From positions 1-64,000 of IMG/VR virus record IMGVR_UViG_3300025357_000908: 64,000 nt of DNA; one strand, 5' to 3'. Every line of letters begins with the position of its first letter. Position 1 is the first letter of the stretch. The notes under the pieces are model-generated. The model was not told where the DNA came from. It saw only the letters and a list, made by a program, of their open reading frames with translations, and searched no databases. Made by a program: the position numbers and the translations under genes. Shown piece by piece: positions 29,673 to 38,805 of this stretch. This DNA is from a virus (lineage: Duplodnaviria > Caudoviricetes).

Positions 29673-30797
29673 TTAAACTACTTGTATACCTTGAGTGTAG
29701 GGGAGCTGTACAGTAAACTCAGGATTATAAGAGCTTTCGGAAAGAAGCGTATAACCTGCATCATTAAATACAATAACATCAAAATAGCCTGTAGTAGTCG
29801 GTGCTGGGTATACTACTTGCATTTTATTATCGTTAAATTCGTAATAGCTTATTGCAGGCACTAAACCAGTTAAAGCAGGATAGTTTGCTGATAAGCTACT
29901 CGAAAAAGCATATAAATCTACAGTCTTAGTAGCGCTTGTAGGTCCAAACATGTTGTTGTTACCGCTAAGATAAACATAGTTAGTATGGCTTAAATTGCTA
30001 CCGTATAGATTTAATGATCCAGAGAGACTGCTTACCGGTGTTAACCAACGGTCTGTATAAGGTATAATTGGCGCTGCTGATATTACAAAAGATTCGGTGA
30101 GGTTCGGATCAGTCAAATATTCAAGATTTTCTAATGTGGGGGTAGCTGATACTGAATAGAAATTAGTATCAATCTTAAAAATTCTACCAACAGGGTTAGT
30201 GTCTGCTTTAAATAACCAACCTTTAATAGTAAAAGACGTATCGCAAGTAACTCGGGTCGGTTGTGTGGGTTGTTGCTCTACAGGGTACCCCATTGATAAT
30301 TGACCGTTCCATAAAACTTCAGAACGAATTTCTATATTAGGCATTTCCCTACGTGTCCAAGAAATAATAAAATACGGATCACTATATGGAACAAAGTTGC
30401 TTAGAATTTGATCCATATCAGTTTGAAAGCGTGTCAGTATGCTAACAGATATTTCTATATTAACCGGTACAGGTTGTAGGTTTTGATCGGCTGTTGAAGT
30501 AGTAAACCCAGCTATATTGGGGTTAACGTTAAACTGACCATAGAGCTTATTAAATACTCTGGATTGATCCCTACTGACACTATTAATAAAGAACGCGACT
30601 ACTGGTAATGTAAAATTTTGAGCAGGATCGACTAAATCAAAAAGAACTCGCTGTTTAGGGGCATACACATATCTTACAGCTATATTATTACCAACGTTAC
30701 CCTTATTGTCGTAACGCTTCACTATTGCTCCATCAAATGCCTGGAGGAATTGTGTTAATAAATCCTTAACTTCCCAATGATACGTGTAGTTCTGCAC
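29673..30797 (-). CDS. gp15: Tail terminator/sheath stabiliser gp15-like with C-terminal Ig-like extension
   Basis: YAPKQR, PVPVNI, DMDQIL.NF.PY, FTIKGWLF. Confidence 0.8.
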   Translation of the reverse strand: MQNYTYHWEVKDLLTQFLQAFDGAIVKRYDNKGNVGNNIAVRYVYAPKQRVLFDLVDPAQNFTLPVVAFFINSVSRDQSRVFNKLYGQFNVNPNIAGFTTSTADQNLQPVPVNIEISVSILTRFQTDMDQILSNFVPYSDPYFIISWTRREMPNIEIRSEVLWNGQLSMGYPVEQQPTQPTRVTCDTSFTIKGWLFKADTNPVGRIFKIDTNFYSVSATPTLENLEYLTDPNLTESFVISAAPIIPYTDRWLTPVSSLSGSLNLYGSNLSHTNYVYLSGNNNMFGPTSATKTVDLYAFSSSLSANYPALTGLVPAISYYEFNDNKMQVVYPAPTTTGYFDVIVFNDAGYTLLSESSYNPEFTVQLPYTQGIQVV

Positions 30798-30805
30798 CTA
30801 TATAC

Positions 30806-32413
30806 TTATACAATACGGTCTAAGAAGTGTTTAGGTAAGATCTTCTTATTATCTATTATAGTTTTAGCGGATAAACCGTCTAATATATAAGTTATACTTT
30901 CATCTTCTACGCTTCTGGTACATCTACCACAGGCTTGTATTAATGCAATAAACATACGCATTTTATACCAACCTGGATCTTCTTCGAATAGCTTTTTAAC
31001 ACGCTTACCACCTAAAGATGGATATGGTAGTTTTATAATAATTTGCCACTTACCTAAGTCACCTTTTAGATCTAACCCCATAGTTAATGAGGGGCTTACT
31101 AAAACAGTATCATCAGGTCTCAATACGTGCTCTTTAATAATATCTTCATTAGTTGAACCTTCTTCTCTACATAAAAAACGCTTACCCTTAAGTTTCTTTT
31201 GTACAGCCTGTGTAATAGCAAAAGAATGAGTGTGTATTATACCCTTTTCCCCCTTATGGTTATCTGCCAATGTATTAGTGAGCTCTACAACCGGTGGTAG
31301 GTTCTTTTCCATTAACTTATGATTTAATGGGTATTTGGTATGACAGTAAATAGGACTCTTTTTAGGGTCAAACGTAGATTCAATCTCTACATATTCAAAA
31401 TCAGTAATACCTAACGTCTTTGCAAATATGTTTTTATCTACAATAGTTGCACTCATTAAAATTACCGTGTCAGCATAATCAAATAGACAGCCGCTAAGCT
31501 TGTCAATCTTTAACGGTGTAAAGATTGCTTTTTCGCCATCTTTTTCAATAATATATTGAGTGTCATCCCAATGGTCTATAGTATTAACAATAGACTCATA
31601 AAGGTCTTTTCTAAACTGCTGTTGTATGAGTTCTACCTTATTACTATCGTAACGAGAGCGATTAGCACGAGAATCAATTACGCCTTTGACTGATTCAGCT
31701 AAGTCTGTTAACCAACCTAATGCTTTAACAGGGTTGTCAGTTGTTAGCTTACTAAACTCTATGTCGCTTTGAGTTAGACGGCGGTAATCAATAACCGTAG
31801 AAAAGTTCTTTACAATTTCATCTTCTAACTCAGAACACTCATCAGCAACGATAATTTGTCTGTGTTTTAAATGATCCGGTAGATTAAAGAACGAAGCATA
31901 GTTTAATACAGTGAACCGTTCTATTAACGCACTATTACGGGCTTCGTAATATGGACAACGATGCTCTTCCCAGCATTCTTTTCTCATCTTTTGTGTAATA
32001 ACACAAGGAGCATAGTCTACAGTAAAGCTTTCATCTACATCACATTGGTAATTAGATTTACCTTTAAATATTGACGATTCATTAAATAATTGCTTATACT
32101 GGTTTTGTAATGCTTTGGTTGTAGTGAGAGCAAATAAACCATGTAAAGGAAACCTGGCCATTACATCAATATAGTCTTCGTCATAAGCGTGGTAGTTAAA
32201 AACTAAGTTTTTAAACTCTGGATCACACTCATCCGTAGCGTTAGAAAGAGTCTTACTAATAAATGATTTACCTGACCCTGTAGGTGCTTGTACTATAATA
32301 AACTTTTTTTCTTTTTTTATAGCTGCTTCTATATCCTGAAGACCTTTTATTTGATGTGGTCGAGGTGTATAACCAGCAGGAAAGTATTCGAGTAACGGTT
32401 TATTGAGCAACAT
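30806..32413 (-). CDS. DinG/Rad3-family SF2 helicase
   Basis: QAPTGSGKS, DECS, 4-Cys cluster, MSAT, GLDL, QACGRCTR. Confidence 0.88.
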   Translation of the reverse strand: MLLNKPLLEYFPAGYTPRPHQIKGLQDIEAAIKKEKKFIIVQAPTGSGKSFISKTLSNATDECDPEFKNLVFNYHAYDEDYIDVMARFPLHGLFALTTTKALQNQYKQLFNESSIFKGKSNYQCDVDESFTVDYAPCVITQKMRKECWEEHRCPYYEARNSALIERFTVLNYASFFNLPDHLKHRQIIVADECSELEDEIVKNFSTVIDYRRLTQSDIEFSKLTTDNPVKALGWLTDLAESVKGVIDSRANRSRYDSNKVELIQQQFRKDLYESIVNTIDHWDDTQYIIEKDGEKAIFTPLKIDKLSGCLFDYADTVILMSATIVDKNIFAKTLGITDFEYVEIESTFDPKKSPIYCHTKYPLNHKLMEKNLPPVVELTNTLADNHKGEKGIIHTHSFAITQAVQKKLKGKRFLCREEGSTNEDIIKEHVLRPDDTVLVSPSLTMGLDLKGDLGKWQIIIKLPYPSLGGKRVKKLFEEDPGWYKMRMFIALIQACGRCTRSVEDESITYILDGLSAKTIIDNKKILPKHFLDRIV

Positions 32414-32419
32414 TAACTA

Positions 32420-32447
32420 ATGATACACTACTATCTAATTAGTTCAA
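32420..32447 (-). promoter_or_regulatory. sigma70-like promoter of the helicase
   Basis: TTGAAC-N16-TATCAT. Confidence 0.55.
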
Positions 32448-32774
32448 TGACGAAATTGTAAGAACAGCATTATAAAATTTGCATTTTTTAACCTGATTTG
32501 TTGCCTTTAAATTGACTAACAAATCATAATCCTGTTCTGCTAAAGCTTCTAAAGTATAATCAAACACAAGCTTATTATTTTCTGTTTTCATAGAAAAAGG
32601 AAACGGTATTTCAAATGTTTCTTTTTTCTTTTCTGTAAGCATTACTATTGAAATATAACAACCGGAAAGCTTAAAATTAATAAGTTTACCTTTTTTGTAT
32701 TGCTTATTTTTAAGAGTCAATACAACGCTTTTTTGAAAGTATTCTTTGAGGCTGTTATCAATAATATTAAGCAT
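32439..32774 (-). CDS. Hypothetical protein
   Basis: Tightly packed in-operon ORF. Confidence 0.7.
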   Translation of the reverse strand: MLNIIDNSLKEYFQKSVVLTLKNKQYKKGKLINFKLSGCYISIVMLTEKKKETFEIPFPFSMKTENNKLVFDYTLEALAEQDYDLLVNLKATNQVKKCKFYNAVLTISSLN

Positions 32775-32775
32775 T

Positions 32776-33159
32776 TTATTTGTCCATAAACCGTTCTTTT
32801 TCGGCTGTAGACATTCTACTTAATACCTCACTGAAATATTTCCAGAACTGTTCTGGTGGTGTAGATGGTATAACACTAACAACATCAGCAGATTCTGCAG
32901 GAATTAACCTATAGTCTTGCATGAATATATCCCAAGTTAATATCAATCCTTTTTGCTGAGGATTAAATTTTAAGTGGCCAGTAGCCGGTCTGAAGTTAAG
33001 CGCAGTCCTTCCAGCTGAACTATTTAGCAAAATAGTGTCATTAGTTGCAAGCATTCTCCTGGTGGCGGGTTCTCCAGGAGAAGGTCGCCTTCTTACAAAC
33101 TTAATCTCTAAAACATTTTTAGTTAGTAGAGTAGCTAATGCTCCTTGGGAAAGTCTCAT
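32776..33159 (-). CDS. Hypothetical protein, possible Sm/SH3-like (WYL_2/DUF2693-like) barrel
   Basis: LEIKFVRR...RRMLAT...TWDI...YR pattern. Confidence 0.5.
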   Translation of the reverse strand: MRLSQGALATLLTKNVLEIKFVRRRPSPGEPATRRMLATNDTILLNSSAGRTALNFRPATGHLKFNPQQKGLILTWDIFMQDYRLIPAESADVVSVIPSTPPEQFWKYFSEVLSRMSTAEKERFMDK

Positions 33160-33635
33160 TTAACATACTTATCATATGTTTCTTCTGGTTCTGCTACACC
33201 GAAAATACGATCTTCATTAAGAAACACAATGTTTTTTAAATTATTAACATTACTTGCTTTCAAACCAAAGGTGCTTGGAAAAATAACATGTTGACCGGGC
33301 TTAACTTTTGCGCGAGGTCCCGATAAAATTACTTTAGCTACACGCCATGCTTGATTAACAGCATTAATAGGTATCCAGATATCACCTCTACGGATCATTG
33401 TGCCATCTTCGTTAGTGTCTGCAAACTGACAGAAAAGAATATCATCCAACACGGCTGTTAGCTTCCAGCTTTTTAAGTTTAAATCGCTATTTGCATACTC
33501 TTCAAGCCTGACCATACCTTTTGTGTTATCAGTCTCGACTTGCTCGTTTGCTTCTAAAGCCTTGTTTTGTTCAGCGTATGATAAACCGCTTTGCTTGATA
33601 TCTCTCTCAATTTTATGTTGTATAGTTTTCTTCAT
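33156..33635 (-). CDS. GroES-like co-chaperonin (functional analogue of T4 gp31)
   Basis: GDIWIP, AKVILSGP..KVKPGQHVIF, FLNEDRIFG. Confidence 0.75.
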   Translation of the reverse strand: MKKTIQHKIERDIKQSGLSYAEQNKALEANEQVETDNTKGMVRLEEYANSDLNLKSWKLTAVLDDILFCQFADTNEDGTMIRRGDIWIPINAVNQAWRVAKVILSGPRAKVKPGQHVIFPSTFGLKASNVNNLKNIVFLNEDRIFGVAEPEETYDKYVK

Positions 33636-34277
33636 TTAAATTGTAAAGTCAAAATTAATAATACATCTTACGTTTTTAGTGGGCCCAGAGCTTGAATGGT
33701 AACGTTCACCGTTAAATATCACCACTCTACCTTTTTTGGGTGCAACCTTTTTAATAATATTAAAATTAGTCTCCTTGTACTCATTACCGTTATCTTGATT
33801 TACTTCTCCTAAAGTTTTATCAAAAAAATGAGTATCACCATCAGTGTCGTTTACGTAGTAAAGACAAACCATGTGGGGAATAGTCAAATCAATATGGGGG
33901 TTATTGTGGTTCTTGTTTAAAGAAGCATTTAAAGGAAAGCTTATAAAGCTTCTGGCCATTAGTATTTTTTGAGGTGTTAAATTAGCTTTTGCACACGCAG
34001 AAAACAGCACTGGTTGTACTGTTTTTAGTATGTCAGGGTTAACAACAACAACTTTCGTTGCATCATCATCAAGATACACAAAGGTGTTATTTATTGCTGG
34101 TGTTAGTTTGGTAATTTTCTTTTCTTTAATTCTTTTTCTATTAAAAGTAATATCGTTAACAAATATCCATTTTAATTTTGACCCTAACATATAATCTTCA
34201 AGAAAATCTTGTTGTTCTTTAGGAACAACATCATCAAAAATATATAAATCTTTAATGTTATTATTTTCTATTTTCAT
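33636..34277 (-). CDS. 2OG-Fe(II) oxygenase
   Basis: PHID...LYYVND.DGDT...PKKGRVVIF...YHSS...R.IINF (HxD...H...R). Confidence 0.85.
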   Translation of the reverse strand: MKIENNNIKDLYIFDDVVPKEQQDFLEDYMLGSKLKWIFVNDITFNRKRIKEKKITKLTPAINNTFVYLDDDATKVVVVNPDILKTVQPVLFSACAKANLTPQKILMARSFISFPLNASLNKNHNNPHIDLTIPHMVCLYYVNDTDGDTHFFDKTLGEVNQDNGNEYKETNFNIIKKVAPKKGRVVIFNGERYHSSSGPTKNVRCIINFDFTI

Positions 34278-34647
34278 TTGGAATTTTTAATTGAAAGAGT
34301 TCTATATACTGATTTACTTCTCTTACGGAAATTTCAAGATGGTTGGCAACTGTCTTTACGTTTGATTTATTATTGTTTTTATCGGTATCTTTCTTTTTCT
34401 TTATATATTCCAATCGTTTAAACTTAGAATTAGGTATAATACTATGTAGGTAACTAAACCACATAGTATTATTTTCTAATATTGGCCAAACACGATTACT
34501 TGTTTGATTTACAAGATTAGATACTTCAGGTGAATACATAGAACACCATCTCTGTATTAAAAAAGGCTGAAACTCCTTAACCTCATTTATAGTAGAGGTG
34601 TCAGGAGTCTTAGTCTTAAAAAGTATCTTGTTAAGATATTCGAACAT
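34261..34647 (-). CDS. gp62: Clamp-loader small subunit, gp62-like
   Basis: FEYLN.I, FQPFLIQRW.S, YIKK, EIS.RE...Y pattern. Confidence 0.72.
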   Translation of the reverse strand: MFEYLNKILFKTKTPDTSTINEVKEFQPFLIQRWCSMYSPEVSNLVNQTSNRVWPILENNTMWFSYLHSIIPNSKFKRLEYIKKKKDTDKNNNKSNVKTVANHLEISVREVNQYIELFQLKIPNENRK

Positions 34648-35228
34648 TAAACTGTAATTTTAGTGGTAGCAATAAAAATATTATCTACCATACTGTAGAA
34701 CTGATCAATAACAGCTTTTTGAAATTGCTGTGTTTGTTCCGGTGTTAAGTTAGTACTATACGCAAAAGCAGGAGCCTTTTTACCGGCTGTTACATTGACA
34801 CCGGTATGACCGATAGCAATACCGTCTTTAGAGTAGGTAATACTAACAGAAGCTTTACCTTTTTGTTGTACAATGCCACCTTGGGTAAATTCAGCATGTA
34901 CCATAATATCGTCACCCTTCATTTCAATAGGCTTATTAATAATTTTATAAAGAATATTAGCTATTGATGTATTGAATAAACGTTGAAAACATACAGCACC
35001 CATTGGATCCAAGTTAGGTATTTCCCAACAGAAATTAACCATTGAATCACTATAAATGTAGTCGTTTTCAAGAGAATCTTCGAGGTCGATAAGGTTAATA
35101 GTAACTTCAACCGGTGCAACAAAGCTAACAATATTACCGATCGGTAATGTGCGATCTCTAAAATATTTATAAGCAAAACGCTTGTGAATAAAATCGCCGT
35201 TATATATTTTTTGGTCTGTTATAATCAT
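34647..35228 (-). CDS. DUF366-family protein (biotin/lipoate ligase-like fold)
   Basis: YNG..I...FAY, IDLED, IYSD.M.NF..E, GDDI, KASVSI, HTGVN. Confidence 0.72.
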   Translation of the reverse strand: MIITDQKIYNGDFIHKRFAYKYFRDRTLPIGNIVSFVAPVEVTINLIDLEDSLENDYIYSDSMVNFCWEIPNLDPMGAVCFQRLFNTSIANILYKIINKPIEMKGDDIMVHAEFTQGGIVQQKGKASVSITYSKDGIAIGHTGVNVTAGKKAPAFAYSTNLTPEQTQQFQKAVIDQFYSMVDNIFIATTKITV

Positions 35229-35249
35229 AATTGTATGTTAATATAAATT

Positions 35250-35930
35250 TTAATATTCTCCACGATTAAATTTATTTAAAAACCAGTCTTGACCTTCAAG
35301 CCATTCTTTAGTAAACGATTTGAGCCCTGGAGATGCATGAGTCACATTAATATTGATAGTGCCTAACTTTAATTTGGCTTTATTACATGCCAAACTAAAA
35401 TCGATATCATAAAAATGAAAACCAGCTGGACATGATTCATCAAATTTAACACCTGTATTGAATAGTTTCTTAGGGTTAAAAGCTAAGAACAAACCATCAA
35501 GTATTAATACTCTACCGGTTTTACCGAAGTGTGTTTTAAATGTTTTATTATCTACGTGGTGACCGACTGTACCGCTATGGGTTTCTCTCGGACACATGAT
35601 ATGCCATAAACAAGGCTGTCTAATGGATGGGTTACTACCACCCGCAAGCCCTACAACATCATATTTTTCAAGCGCTTGATGTAATTTAACTATCCAGTTC
35701 TTATCTGTAATAAGAATATCATCATGAGCTAAAACTAAAATACAATCTTCATCTTTATAGGTATTAATATATGAGTTATAAACTTTAGCTATAGCGGTTT
35801 TATTGTTAAAAGCACCGCTTGTGAGTGCTACACCGTCTAAGCCTTCACTATTAACAATAGTGAACTTACTTCTTTCTTTGAGATTTGAATAAGAAGTAGC
35901 TGTAGAACAATAACTAAGATATACATTCAT
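35250..35930 (-). CDS. Glycosyltransferase (GT-A, Glyco_tranf_2_5-like)
   Basis: YN, HDD, GLAGG, LDGLFLA, FDE, FHFYDIDFS. Confidence 0.82.
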   Translation of the reverse strand: MNVYLSYCSTATSYSNLKERSKFTIVNSEGLDGVALTSGAFNNKTAIAKVYNSYINTYKDEDCILVLAHDDILITDKNWIVKLHQALEKYDVVGLAGGSNPSIRQPCLWHIMCPRETHSGTVGHHVDNKTFKTHFGKTGRVLILDGLFLAFNPKKLFNTGVKFDESCPAGFHFYDIDFSLACNKAKLKLGTININVTHASPGLKSFTKEWLEGQDWFLNKFNRGEY

Positions 35931-36193
35931 TAGTCAGTGATAACACTACTGCACGGCAAATTCGAAAATGTTTGTTTAGTTTTTTCTGCTAAAACTGGGT
36001 TGTCAAAAGGGCCGCCCTCGAAGAGGTAAATGTTGCTGAGCTTAATATCAGGGTTATTAAGTTTTTGAGCAAGTTCAACCATGAGCTGATTTTGCTTCGG
36101 TGTCCATTCAGCACATATATCAGTAATGCTTGAAAATAATAAAGCTTCTACCAGTAATTGTTTTTCTTCTAAAGTTAATTGTATACCCTTCAT
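35930..36193 (-). CDS. Hypothetical protein
   Basis: ORF behind TAGATT-N16-TATACT (36203-36230). Confidence 0.7.
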   Translation of the reverse strand: MKGIQLTLEEKQLLVEALLFSSITDICAEWTPKQNQLMVELAQKLNNPDIKLSNIYLFEGGPFDNPVLAEKTKQTFSNLPCSSVITD

Positions 36194-36234
36194 ATTAAGA
36201 AGAGTATAGCTACTTTTCTTAACAAATCTACATT

Positions 36235-36606
36235 TTATTTACCAAAAAAATGTATTAATAGATCTGTCATACTACCTATTAAAGCTACCCAAATTGCTGT
36301 TTGTATATGCCAGTGTAATTTTTGTCTCTCACTGTGCTTTGTTGCACATTTATTGAGTGTATCATGAAGTTCTTCGTAATGAGATGTCATGAAATCACGT
36401 TGCTCTTCAAGTCTAATATCTAATTCTGTCTTAAGATGTTCTATTTCAGTTTGTATAGTGGCAATCTGTTGCATTAAGCTTGGATGTCCATTACCATCTC
36501 GTACAATCTTACTAAGGACTTGTAAATCTTCTTTTACATTAACTATATCTCTGTTAATGTAATCAATGGCGGTGTTTCTTTCGGATGGCGTTTTCTTAGA
36601 GGGCAT
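36235..36606 (-). CDS. Coiled-coil protein with C-terminal membrane anchor (holin/XhlA-like candidate)
   Basis: Hydrophobic C-terminus AIWVALIGSMTDLLIHFF; TAAATA 4 nt upstream. Confidence 0.45.
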   Translation of the reverse strand: MPSKKTPSERNTAIDYINRDIVNVKEDLQVLSKIVRDGNGHPSLMQQIATIQTEIEHLKTELDIRLEEQRDFMTSHYEELHDTLNKCATKHSERQKLHWHIQTAIWVALIGSMTDLLIHFFGK

Positions 36607-36623
36607 CCAATATTTATTGAATT

Positions 36624-37280
36624 TTATATAAAAAAGTAGGGGGATTTGTGTTTAAACCTACCTGCAGGTACTATACAGTTGTAGTCCTGTACATCATAAA
36701 CAATTCCCTCCTTCAAGGATTCACTACCTTCAAATTCTGTAGATGAAAAACAGCCTGTAACCGAATTTGCAAATAATGTGCTCGCACTTCTGGCTAAATA
36801 TGTTTTTTTATGTTTAGAGTTAAAAGCCCATATAGCAAACGTACCTTTAAGTAATTCCATAGCTTCTGACACTTGCGGTTTAATCTCTAACATACGAGGT
36901 ATAATGCAGCTGTCGGTTCTACCGAAAAAATCTTCATCAGGAAAATACTCTTTACATAAACTCTCAAAGTTACTAATAATACCGTTATGAGATACTATCC
37001 AGTCACCATAAGTGAATGGGTGATTGTCGCCTGGTTCGAACGATTTCGTTTCTACTGTAGGGCCACGAGAGTGATACAAAAAATAACGACTGTAGGTGTC
37101 TATACCTGGTGGGTTAAAACAGTCTATAGATTCATTAAAAACCCCTTCAGTTTTATGTATACGGTACTGATCATTAGAGTCTAATGTTAATGCACCAGAA
37201 CTATAATAACCCCTTGTAAGATTATTTTTATATAAATTAAAAGCTTTGTCTTTGTATTTTGAGCCAGCTATACCGCACAT
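36624..37280 (-). CDS. Class II (Ntn) glutamine amidotransferase, stand-alone
   Basis: N-terminal MCGI, RG, HSR.PT, HPF, HNGIISN, TDS. Confidence 0.88.
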   Translation of the reverse strand: MCGIAGSKYKDKAFNLYKNNLTRGYYSSGALTLDSNDQYRIHKTEGVFNESIDCFNPPGIDTYSRYFLYHSRGPTVETKSFEPGDNHPFTYGDWIVSHNGIISNFESLCKEYFPDEDFFGRTDSCIIPRMLEIKPQVSEAMELLKGTFAIWAFNSKHKKTYLARSASTLFANSVTGCFSSTEFEGSESLKEGIVYDVQDYNCIVPAGRFKHKSPYFFI

Positions 37281-37281
37281 A

Positions 37282-38004
37282 TTATGTTAAATAGGTTAAA
37301 GGTTTACAGTCGTATTGTTCCCAAGGTATATTACGTGAATATTTAATAGGGTCAATAGCTTTGTTATCAATAAAACCTTTGATACGTGCAGCACACGATA
37401 CACATTCACCGCAAGCAGGATCAGTACCCTCATAACAAGTATGCGTCTGTCTGAAGTCTACCTGTAAGTCAATACCAGTCTTAATTACTTCTTCTTTAGA
37501 ATAACGCATAAACGGCGCATTAACTTTAATAGTATTTTTACGATTAAGACCGTAAATGTCATTAACTTTATTTAAAAACATTGAGGTACAGTCCCAATAA
37601 CCGCTAAAGTCATCTGTCTCCACTGCGCCATAAAACAAGTCTTGAGCACCAATAGATTCAGCCCAACCTGCCGCGCTTGTTAAGAGTAACAAGTTTCTAA
37701 AAGGTACATAGCTTAAGGGTTGAGCGTTACCTACATCATCTTTAGCTTTAGGTATTTTAAGATCTTTATTGGTTAAAGCAGACATAGTTGATATGTCTCT
37801 AAAGAAATCCATATCAATAACTTTGTGCTCTTTAACATTGCATGCTTTAGCTTGGAATATTGCACAGTCAATTTCTCGAGCAATCCGCTGACCGTAGTTA
37901 AACGTTACAGCATATACCTCATCGTATTTAAGTGTTTTAGTTACATAATGTAGTAACACGGTACTATCCATTCCGCCTGATAATATAACTAATGCTTTAT
38001 TCAT
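37282..38004 (-). CDS. queC: 7-cyano-7-deazaguanine (preQ0) synthase
   Basis: SGGMDS, YGQR, YVPFRN, GYWDC, TCY...CGECVSC..R. Confidence 0.95.
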   Translation of the reverse strand: MNKALVILSGGMDSTVLLHYVTKTLKYDEVYAVTFNYGQRIAREIDCAIFQAKACNVKEHKVIDMDFFRDISTMSALTNKDLKIPKAKDDVGNAQPLSYVPFRNLLLLTSAAGWAESIGAQDLFYGAVETDDFSGYWDCTSMFLNKVNDIYGLNRKNTIKVNAPFMRYSKEEVIKTGIDLQVDFRQTHTCYEGTDPACGECVSCAARIKGFIDNKAIDPIKYSRNIPWEQYDCKPLTYLT

Positions 38005-38010
38005 GTGTGT

Positions 38011-38038
38011 ATTTTAAGTTATAAATGAGAAAATTCAA
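38011..38038 (-). promoter_or_regulatory. sigma70-like promoter of queC-gat
   Basis: TTGAAT-N16-TAAAAT. Confidence 0.6.
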
Positions 38039-38064
38039 TGTGATTTGATAAATAATATGTACAT

Positions 38065-38805
38065 ATGTCTACGTTTGCAAATAAATTTTTGAAAGCTCTT
38101 AACGAGGATACAGAAGGTAATGCTTTTACTGGTGCTTTACACAATACTAAAAAAGGTGAAAAAGCTAAAGTAGACGGTAAAGAAATCACCAACACTACTG
38201 GTACAATTCCAGAAGATAAAAAGTGGATCCAGCACACACATGCTAAAAAGGGCGGTTTACATAAAGCTTTACACGTTAAACAGGGTGAAAAGATTCCAGC
38301 TGCTAAATTAGATAAAGCTTTACATAGCAAAAATGCTCACTTACGCCACATGGCTCAGTTTGCAAAGAACGTTAAAGGTCTAAAAGAAAACGTAATGGAA
38401 GCCCCAAAAGCTCAACCGGAAGCCCCTGCAGCTGATGCACCTACTCAAGATGATGACTCAGCAGCTTGGCAAAAATCATTAGATAAAGGTACTGATCCAA
38501 AAGCTTTCGACACCCCAGATAACCCTCAACACACTGTTGATACAACTGGTATTCAAGCAGCTCATGAGTGGATACAAAAGCTTGAAGAAATGGCACACTT
38601 TGTTAACGGTACAGGCCCAGAAAGCTTAAACTCACAAATCAATCAATTAGAAATTAAGAATTCAGTTCCTTTCCGTGGTATTGTTCGTCGTGAAGAAAAA
38701 CGTATTACTAAGTTGGCTGAAAACTTACGCGGTTTAGCAGAAGTGTTTAAGTCAGTAGTTATTACTTCTGAAAAGAAGATTAAAGACGTTAACTCACCTC
38801 GTTAA
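38065..38805 (+). CDS. Hypothetical late protein (candidate internal head protein)
   Basis: Basic KWIQ...GGLHKALHV..GEKIP module; TAAATA upstream; ALNE/GLKE sites. Confidence 0.65.
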   Translation: MSTFANKFLKALNEDTEGNAFTGALHNTKKGEKAKVDGKEITNTTGTIPEDKKWIQHTHAKKGGLHKALHVKQGEKIPAAKLDKALHSKNAHLRHMAQFAKNVKGLKENVMEAPKAQPEAPAADAPTQDDDSAAWQKSLDKGTDPKAFDTPDNPQHTVDTTGIQAAHEWIQKLEEMAHFVNGTGPESLNSQINQLEIKNSVPFRGIVRREEKRITKLAENLRGLAEVFKSVVITSEKKIKDVNSPR

